Origin: an uncultured Actinomycetota bacterium
GTDB lineage: Bacteria > Actinomycetota > UBA4738 > HRBIN12
Direction of reading: 5' to 3'
Assembly: GCA_963778505.1 (NCBI GenBank)
Contig: CAVZUH010000004.1
Span: forward strand, 1,061,633-1,125,632
Length of the DNA stretch: 64,000 nt
Within the stretch, counting starts at the first letter, position 1. Every line of letters starts with the position of its first letter. The position numbers and the translations under genes are program-made. Of this stretch, positions 57,584 through 64,000 are shown in pieces. Under the pieces are notes generated by a model that was given only the letters and a program-made list of their open reading frames with translations, did not search any database and had not been told where the DNA came from.

Positions 57584-58684
57584 ATGGCTTCAAGGAAACG
57601 ATCCCGGATCGTCCCCTCCGTCGTGGCGTCGGCGCTCGTGCTCGCACTGGGCGCGGTGCCGCTGCTGTCCATGGGGGCGGACCATCTGGATGCGCCCGGC
57701 ACGATGTCGCCGTCGGGCCGAAACGACGGGGACATCAACGACGTCTACGTCTTCGAAGGGAAAAACAGTTCCAAGACCGTCATCGCCGTGACGACGCACC
57801 CGGCCGCCGGCGCGATCTCGCCCCTGGAGTACGCGACCGACATCGCGTACAAGGTCAAGGTGGATCGCAACAGCGACGCCGTCGCGGACATCGTGTACCG
57901 CGTCCGATTCGGGCCCGCCAACGACAACGGTGTGCAGAAGTACCGGATCTCTCGGAAACGGGGCGACGGCGATGGCCACGTGATCGGAAGAGGCAAGACC
58001 GGTTCGTCGACGTCGCTCGCAGGGGGCGGGCGCGCCTTCGCCGGGCTCCGGTCGGACCCGTTCTTCTTCGATCTCGCGGCGTTCCAAGGGAGCGTGCTCG
58101 GGGCACCGAACGGGCGGAGCTTCTGCGACCAGGATGGTGGCACCGAGGGGATCGACTTCTTCGAATTCCTCAACACGAACGCCATCGTCTTGGAGGTTCG
58201 GGACTCGGCGCTCGGCTCCCACATCGGCGTCTGGGCCACGACGGACACGGGCTCTGGGGTCTCCAACCGGATCGACCGGATGGCGCGTCCTGCGATCAAC
58301 ACCGTGTTCAACAGCGGTGAGGACAAGAACGCCTTCAACCACGGCCGGCCGGCCAACGACGTCGCGCGCTTCACCAGCAACGTGAAGAACGTGCTGGCCG
58401 CGTTCTCCGCGCTCGACGGCGAGGGTGCCTACTCCAACGGACAGCTGAACACCCTCGCCGGGGTCCTGCTGCCCGACGTGGTTACCTACGACACGTCGAC
58501 ATCGGCTCAGGGTCCGCTGAACGGCCGTGCGCTTGCCGACGACGTCATCGACGCCGAGCTCAACATCGTGACCGGCGGCTTCCCCTTCCCGGGACGCAAC
58601 GGAAACGGTGCGATCCGCACGGACTGCGTCGACGCGCACACCGACTACCTCGATCGCTTCCCGTACCTCGGGGAGCCTCACTGA
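57584..58684 (+). CDS. Secreted DUF4331 family protein
   Basis: Signal peptide then ADHLDAP; DINDVYVF, RSDPFFFDL, RMARPAINT, NGRALADDVID, FPYL. Confidence 0.88.
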   Translation: MASRKRSRIVPSVVASALVLALGAVPLLSMGADHLDAPGTMSPSGRNDGDINDVYVFEGKNSSKTVIAVTTHPAAGAISPLEYATDIAYKVKVDRNSDAVADIVYRVRFGPANDNGVQKYRISRKRGDGDGHVIGRGKTGSSTSLAGGGRAFAGLRSDPFFFDLAAFQGSVLGAPNGRSFCDQDGGTEGIDFFEFLNTNAIVLEVRDSALGSHIGVWATTDTGSGVSNRIDRMARPAINTVFNSGEDKNAFNHGRPANDVARFTSNVKNVLAAFSALDGEGAYSNGQLNTLAGVLLPDVVTYDTSTSAQGPLNGRALADDVIDAELNIVTGGFPFPGRNGNGAIRTDCVDAHTDYLDRFPYLGEPH

Positions 58685-58701
58685 GCACAGCGGGAGACAC
58701 C

Positions 58702-58732
58702 GGCCCGCGGAGCGCTTCGCGCTCCGCGGGCC
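58702..58732 (+). terminator. 14-bp GC hairpin between DUF4331 and TPR genes
   Basis: GGCCCGCGGAGCGC-TTC-GCGCTCCGCGGGCC; no U tract. Confidence 0.5.
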
Positions 58733-58757
58733 CCGCACGAGAGTGGAGAGCCGGAAG

Positions 58758-60224
58758 ATGAGCACACGCGGATCCACGGTCAATCACGGTCTCTCCGCCG
58801 GGACCTCCACCGGGAGTGGATCTTCCACAGTGGCTCCCAACCGCGACCGGCACCGAGGTCCGATCGGTCGTGGTCCGCTCCTCATCCTCGTGGCCGTACT
58901 GCTCGCCGGAGCCACCTACGTGGTGCAAGAGGTCTCCGGATCCGACGCCCGACCGAGGCCCGCGTCCCGCGCCGGGGGGCTCGAGGCGTCGGGAGGGCCC
59001 GCCGGGCTGAGCCAGGCGCCGGGCCGCCACCAGATCCAGGAGATCGAGCGGCTGATCCGGGCGTTCGGCGGGCGGGTCCGCGAGCAGCCGAACGCACTCG
59101 ACTACACCTTCCTGGGCCGCCTCGGGTTGCTCCGTGGCCGCTTGACAGGCGACGTCGCCGCGTACGCGCAGGCTCGAACCGACCTCACGAAAGCTCTGGA
59201 GATCTATCCAGACGATCCCGAGGCGGCGGCGCTACTCGCCGTCGTTCGCTACACGACCCACGACTTCGCTGGCGCGCTGGATCTCGCATCCGGTGTCTAC
59301 GCGCAGGATCAGAGCCAGTACGGCGCGCTCGCCGTGATCGGAGACGCGCAGATGGAGCTGGGGCGCTACGACGAGGCGGCGACGACGTTCGCTCAGCTCG
59401 CTCGGGATGTGCCGGGAGCAGGCGCCGTTCAGGCCCGCCGCTCCCGGATGGCGTTTCTGACAGGACACGCCGAGCAGGCGATGGGGCTGGCCCAGATCGC
59501 CGAGAAGCAGGCGCGCGACGCGGGGGCCTTCGGCGCCGAGCTGTCCTTCTACTCGATCCTTCAGGGGCAGGTGGCATTCGATGCGGGCAACTACGACGAG
59601 GCGGCCGCACACTACGAGGACGCACTGCGGGTTGCCCCCGACTACTACGTGGCGCGGGCGATGCTCGCGAAGGCACGCGCCGCCCAGGGGCGAACCGAGG
59701 ACGCGATCCGCCTCTACATCCGTGCGATCGCAGCCGTCCCGCAGCCCGAATCCTTGGCAGCCCTCGGCGACCTGTATGCGATCCGTGGCGAGCGGCAGCT
59801 CGCCGAGGAGCAATACGCGGTCGTCGAGGCCATCGCCACGATCGCCAGCGTCAACCGCCAGGTCTATGATCGCCAGCTCGCGATCTTCTACGCCGATCAC
59901 GACGTCCATGTCGACCGAGCGGTTGCGATCGCGAGGGGCGAACTCCGTAGCCGCAGGGACATCTACGGCTTCGATGCGTACGCGTGGGCGCTCTACAAGG
60001 CGGGCAGACTCGAGGAGGCGCGTGCCGCCTCGGAGAACGCGCTGCGTCTCGGAACACCGGATCCGAGGCTCTGGTACCACGCGGGGATGATCTCGGCGGC
60101 TCTCGGCGCGGACGACCTGGCACGCGATCAGCTCCACAGATCCCTCTCACTCGGTTGGGCGTTCGATCCGCTCCAGGCGCCGATCGCTCGACGGACGCTC
60201 CGGAGCCTGATCGCCGCGGCGTGA
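58758..60224 (+). CDS. Membrane-anchored TPR-repeat protein
   Basis: One TM helix then repeats such as GDAQMELGRYDEA, YAWALYKAGRLEEA, YHAGMI. Confidence 0.85.
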   Translation: MSTRGSTVNHGLSAGTSTGSGSSTVAPNRDRHRGPIGRGPLLILVAVLLAGATYVVQEVSGSDARPRPASRAGGLEASGGPAGLSQAPGRHQIQEIERLIRAFGGRVREQPNALDYTFLGRLGLLRGRLTGDVAAYAQARTDLTKALEIYPDDPEAAALLAVVRYTTHDFAGALDLASGVYAQDQSQYGALAVIGDAQMELGRYDEAATTFAQLARDVPGAGAVQARRSRMAFLTGHAEQAMGLAQIAEKQARDAGAFGAELSFYSILQGQVAFDAGNYDEAAAHYEDALRVAPDYYVARAMLAKARAAQGRTEDAIRLYIRAIAAVPQPESLAALGDLYAIRGERQLAEEQYAVVEAIATIASVNRQVYDRQLAIFYADHDVHVDRAVAIARGELRSRRDIYGFDAYAWALYKAGRLEEARAASENALRLGTPDPRLWYHAGMISAALGADDLARDQLHRSLSLGWAFDPLQAPIARRTLRSLIAAA

Positions 60225-60248
60225 TCCTGGAGCGACATCGTGCCGCAC

Positions 60249-60959
60249 TCAGTGTGCCGGGAGCTCCGTGCGTTCGGACGCGGGCCGGGAGCGGGTTGCC
60301 CGGAGGAAACCCATGAACATCACGGCGACACCGGCCAGCAGCGCGAGCGAGAACGCCGGCAGGTTCCCCACCGCGGCGAATGCCGAGCCCGCGGCGGCCG
60401 TGATCGTCGCGCCCGCCGCCACGAGCAGCGTGCCGATGAAGCGGTCGCGGAGCTCGGCCCGACCGCGCATTCGCCACGCCGACCACGCCGCGCCCCCGAC
60501 GAGGATCAGATACGAGGGGATCGAGATGAGCTGCGGGAGTCGATGAGCGGGCGAGCCGTCCCCGAGGACCTCCTTGCCGGACGGCAGCTGTTCCCCGAGC
60601 GCCGCCGGATCGACCGGCGCCCCTCGCGTGACCGCGATCGTGTATGCGAACACGAACGCCAAGGCGGCCCACACGATCAGGTCGAGGATCCAGTGTCGCC
60701 CGAGCAGATGCACCTCGCCGGCGGCGAGCAGCGGGACGTTGAGCACCGCGCCCAGGATCCAGTACACCTCGAAGAGCGTCCGGCTCCAGCCGCCGGCGGC
60801 GCCGGCCGCGACCGCTAGTGAAGCAACCCCGTACATCAGCAGCGCCCCGCACCACATGGCCAGGTGGATCCGCCGGCTCCGAGCGAACCGCCGCCCGAGC
60901 GACGCTGCGAACGCCAGCGCCACCACCGCGGCGGTGAGCGGGAAGACCCACATGAGCAC
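60249..60959 (-). CDS. Hypothetical 7-TM membrane protein
   Basis: Clean hydrophobic ORF; YWILGAVLNVPLLAAGE. Confidence 0.75.
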   Translation of the reverse strand: MLMWVFPLTAAVVALAFAASLGRRFARSRRIHLAMWCGALLMYGVASLAVAAGAAGGWSRTLFEVYWILGAVLNVPLLAAGEVHLLGRHWILDLIVWAALAFVFAYTIAVTRGAPVDPAALGEQLPSGKEVLGDGSPAHRLPQLISIPSYLILVGGAAWSAWRMRGRAELRDRFIGTLLVAAGATITAAAGSAFAAVGNLPAFSLALLAGVAVMFMGFLRATRSRPASERTELPAH

Positions 60960-61020
60960 CCAGGATACGCACCGCCCCCGCGCGTTCCGACGAGTGCTTC
61001 GGCCGGTAGCATCGGAGGCG

Positions 61021-61823
61021 ATGGCTTCCCCCCCGTCTTGTTCTCATCGGCTGCCTTCTTCGCGCGGCCACTTCCCTGGACCTTCCGACTCGCGGCCGAG
61101 TGCGGCTATCGCGGCGTCGAGGTCATGGTGACGAAGGATCCCGAGAGCCAGGATCCGGAGCGCATCCGGGCGCTTGCCGAGGAGTTCGGGCTCACGGTGG
61201 GCGCGCTGCACGCACCGTGCCTGTTGCTCACCAGGAAGGTCTGGGGCACGGATCCGATCGGCAAGATCGATCGCTCCGTGGAGGTGGCGGCGGACGCGAA
61301 CATCCCGGTGGTGGTCGTGCATCCGCCCTATCGCTGGCAGCGGGCGTTCCGTCGATGGCTCGTCGAGGATCTTCCCAGCCTCGAGGAACGGACGGGCGTC
61401 GCCGTGGCGGTGGAGAACATGTTCCCGGTCCGCGTGGCCGGCAGGGACGTGACGTTCCACTCGAACCAGGATCTCGAGGCGCTCGACGGCCTCCCTCACC
61501 TGGTGCTCGACACCTCCCACGCAGCCGTGGCGAAGCACGATCTGATCGAGGTCCGCCGGCTCTTCGGGGATCGACTGCGACACGTGCATCTGTCCGACAA
61601 CGCGGGGAAGGGATGGGACTCGCACCTGCCGCCCGGAGACGGCGTGCTCGACCTCGACGCGTTCCTCGAAGACCTCGCCGTGTCGGGATTCGAGGGTGCC
61701 GTGTCACTCGAGGTGGATCTGCGACCCGCGCTGGGTCACGAGGATCGCCTCGCGACCACGATGGTGCGGATGAGGGAGCGGACGGAGCTGGCGCTGGCGT
61801 CGGCGGGACGACCGGCGCGGTGA
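61021..61823 (+). CDS. Sugar phosphate isomerase/epimerase (TIM barrel); indel in the C-run after the ATG
   Basis: GYRGVEVMV, VENMFP, LDTSH, HVHLSD, HLPPGDG. Confidence 0.85.
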
Positions 61824-61841
61824 GCCGATAGCCTCGCCCGC

Positions 61842-61988
61842 GTGCGACGCCCCACCCTGATCGTGCTCATCGTGTTGTGCTCACTGCTCGTCGGCGCCAC
61901 CCTCTGGCAGCTGCAGCTCGCGGGCCAGGACCACGGACCCTTGCCGGGCCCCACAAGCCCCGGGGAGCTGCCGAGCCCGCTCCCCTAG
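61842..61988 (+). CDS. 48-aa leaderless small membrane or secreted protein
   Basis: TAGCCT 7 nt before GTG; MRRPTLIVLIVLCSLLVGATLWQLQLAG plus Pro-rich tail. Confidence 0.5.
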   Translation: MRRPTLIVLIVLCSLLVGATLWQLQLAGQDHGPLPGPTSPGELPSPLP

Positions 61989-62782
61989 GGACCCTCCACC
62001 ACGACGGCGTCGCCGGCGGCCAGACCGAGCATCCCCGCCGCGTTCCCGTGGTTCACCACGATGGCGAGGTGCCCGTCCGAATCGACGATCAACCCGGGCT
62101 CTCGTTCGGGAAGCTCGGCGAAGGTCCCCGCACGGGGCAGCCTCCGGCCGTTCACGACCAGGACCCGGCCGTCGGTGACGCCCGCGGCATCCAGGTCGTG
62201 CTCGGTGGCGTTCAGCTGCACGTTCCCGTACCCGTCCGTCGCCGTCACCCGGGCGCCCACGGCGCCGTCCGCCACCATCGGCCCCGGCACGTCCAACCGC
62301 TCCAGGGTGGCCACGTCCACGGCGCGTCCGAGGTCCTCGAGCAGCATGCCCGCGGCCAGATGGGCGGCCGCGGGGGCGAAGATGTCCCGGCCGTGGAACG
62401 TCCGCGACACGGGCGCCAGCACGACCGCCTCGGCTCTCGATCTCCACGGCGGCGTCGACGCCTCCGAGCACCTCCCACGCCAGGGAGAGCAATCCGTTGT
62501 CCGGCCCGACGAGGAGCGATGCGCCCGCGGCCGCCGCCACGGCACGCCGGTCGGACCCGACCCCCGGATCGACGACCGCGACGTAGACCGCGTCCGCGGG
62601 CATGTAGGGGATCGGCGCGGGCGAGCTCCACGGCTCCACGGAGGACGTCCTGGCGCGGCACGGAATGGGTGAGGTCGATGACCCGCACGTCCGGCGCGAT
62701 CCTCGCCATGACCCGTGGCAGATCCCCACGAACGCAGTCGCTCCGCCCGTAGTCGGTCAGGAAGACGATCGGGCGGCGTCAT
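61985..62782 (-). CDS. SAM hydroxide adenosyltransferase (DUF62 family) (apparent indels)
   Basis: FLTDYG, IDLTH, VAVVDPGVG, SRTFHGRDIFAP, DGYGN. Confidence 0.88.
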   Translation of the reverse strand: MTPPDRLPDRLRAERLRSWGSATGHGEDRAGRAGHRPHPFRAAPGRPPWSRGARPRRSPTCPRTRSTSRSSIRGSGPTGVPWRRPRAHRSSSGRTTDCSPWRGRCSEASTPPWRSRAEAVVLAPVSRTFHGRDIFAPAAAHLAAGMLLEDLGRAVDVATLERLDVPGPMVADGAVGARVTATDGYGNVQLNATEHDLDAAGVTDGRVLVVNGRRLPRAGTFAELPEREPGLIVDSDGHLAIVVNHGNAAGMLGLAAGDAVVVEGP

Positions 62783-63555
62783 GCGTTGCCCGGCCCGGAG
62801 ACGGGGAGGTAGCGCTCGAGCCACCCGATCATCTCCGTGCTCGCGATCCCCGCCTGGTTGCCCGTGAGGATGTCCGTCCCGTGATCACCGGTCGTGAGGA
62901 TCACCGGCCGCTTCGGCTGCAGCGCTCTCGCGCGTAGAACGGTGTCCACCGCCTCGCACCGCGCCCACGTCCTCGTGTCCGGCGATGAAGAGCTTCGCCG
63001 CCGTGACCTGGGCGAGCACCTCGTGCCCCGCCTCGAGCCCTTCGAAGGCCGTCGGTGCCGAGAGCGTGACCACGACGTCGATGTCCTTCCCCTCTTTCGA
63101 CGCGACCACGAGCGACGCCGTCCCTCCCATGCTGGCACCGACGAGCCCGATCCGCGTCGCCCCCTCGCCCCGCAGCGTTTCGACGGCACCCTCGACGTCC
63201 TGCCAGATGGCGGCGGACGTCCTTCTCGCCCTCCGAGCAGCCCGCGTCGCCGCCCGGACAGTAGCCGCGGAAGTTGAACGTCAGGACCCGATAGCCGCGC
63301 TGGCCCAGATCGGTTCGCGAAGAAGTACCAACGCGCTCTGATCGGAGGGAGCCATGTGCGCGAGCACGACGCCCGCGGTGCCCTCGTCGGGCCCGAACAG
63401 ACGGCCGGCGAGCGTGACATCGTCGGAGGACTCGAAGGTGATCTCCCTCGAACCCGCCGTCGAGTCCCTGTGGGGTCGTCGCCTCCACACGCGGAGAGGA
63501 GCAGTGCCACCACCGCGAGTGTTCGACCGGCCCTCCCGTGGATCGGCGTGTGCAC
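62779..63555 (-). CDS. Alpha/beta hydrolase lipoprotein (apparent indels)
   Basis: Lipobox LSAC, FNFRGY, GASMGG, DHGTD. Confidence 0.78.
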   Translation of the reverse strand: MHTPIHGRAGRTLAVVALLLSACGGDDPTGTRRRVRGRSPSSPPTMSRSPAVCSGPTRAPRASCSRTWLPPIRARWYFFANRSGPARLSGPDVQLPRLLSGRRRGLLGGREGRPPPSGRTSRVPSKRCGARGRRGSGSSVPAWEGRRRSWSRRKRGRTSTSWSRSRHRRPSKGSRRGTRCSPRSRRRSSSSPDTRTWARCEAVDTVLRARALQPKRPVILTTGDHGTDILTGNQAGIASTEMIGWLERYLPVSGPGNA

Positions 63556-63570
63556 GCCGAGCTCCCGCCG

Positions 63571-63672
63571 CTACTTGCCCAGCTTCAGGCGCTGGTGCCG
63601 GGTGCGCTTGAGCAGCTTCTTGTGCTTCTTCTTGCGCATCTTCTTCCGGCGCTTCTTCACGAGGGACGGCAA
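63571..63672 (-). CDS. 30S ribosomal protein bS22 (AURKAIP1/COX24 domain)
   Basis: 33 aa MPSLVKKRRKKMRKKKHKKLLKRTRHQRLKLGK; below the ORF-track cutoff. Confidence 0.9.
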   Translation of the reverse strand: MPSLVKKRRKKMRKKKHKKLLKRTRHQRLKLGK

Positions 63673-63686
63673 CGATCCACAGCCTT

Positions 63687-64000
63687 TCATTCGGTTCCGA
63701 AGAGGTTCCGGAGGTCGACCCGCTTCGCTCGGAAGCTCTCCTCCAGACGAACGGAGCCCAGTCTAAGCGCTTTGGGCGGCTCTGCCACCGGCGAGATCAG
63801 TCGGAGGCCCCCGTTGCCCGACACCGGTTCGAGGTAGCCGACGCCGGTGAAGCCGCCCTCTCCGTCCGACAGGCCCACCAGCAGACGATCGAGCTGCGAG
63901 AGGTCGAACAGCGGCGGGAGGCTCGGCATGAACACGGTGGGGCGGACGCGGAAGCGCTGGAGCGGCTGGTCGAAGTACCGGCGCATCGCCTCCTCGCGCT
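63687..64000 (-). CDS. C-terminal part of a Clp1-like polynucleotide 5'-kinase (truncated by the window edge)
   Basis: RE.AMRRYF...LLVGLSDGEG..TGVG...LRLGSVRL pattern; P-loop not visible. Confidence 0.55.
   Translation of the reverse strand, partial: REEAMRRYFDQPLQRFRVRPTVFMPSLPPLFDLSQLDRLLVGLSDGEGGFTGVGYLEPVSGNGGLRLISPVAEPPKALRLGSVRLEESFRAKRVDLRNLFGTE

Noticed and set aside
61985-62782. Fluorinase or chlorinase
   Set aside because: The TFHGRD motif is that of DUF62 SAM hydroxide adenosyltransferases, and no halometabolite cluster is nearby

Overview
High-GC actinobacterial chromosome segment, probably from a deep-branching lineage; the yajQ-htpX-nuo-menJ and glutaredoxin-rex-bS22 gene order resembles Streptomyces. 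Bases 2-8097 form an accessory island next to tRNA-Tyr(GTA). It is bracketed by inward-facing IS-type inverted repeats and carries gene scraps, a LolD/FtsX-type ABC exporter, a NarL-type two-component system and a DDE transposase remnant. About 11.2-55.6 kb is a 44-kb respiratory supercluster. It contains a reduced complex I (nuoABCHIJKLMN, no D/E/F/G), a full nuoA-N, two polyprenyl synthases, a menJ-like reductase and a probable CtaA-CtaB fusion. It also contains a caa3-type oxidase operon with a tandem di-cupredoxin, system II cytochrome c maturation genes, a divergent b6-like Rieske/cytochrome b operon and rex. The b6-like operon has a heme ci cysteine, a 2x[4Fe-4S] ferredoxin and a tiny single-helix subunit. 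Rex-like operators precede the main respiratory operons. The right end holds a SigK/RskA-DUF4331-TPR module, housekeeping genes, bS22 and a partial Clp1-like gene. Many genes at about 24.7-45.7, 50-56.4 and 61-63.5 kb carry 1-nt indels, most likely long-read errors, so their boundaries were reconstructed across frames by eye and are approximate. All family assignments come from motif recognition, not database searches.
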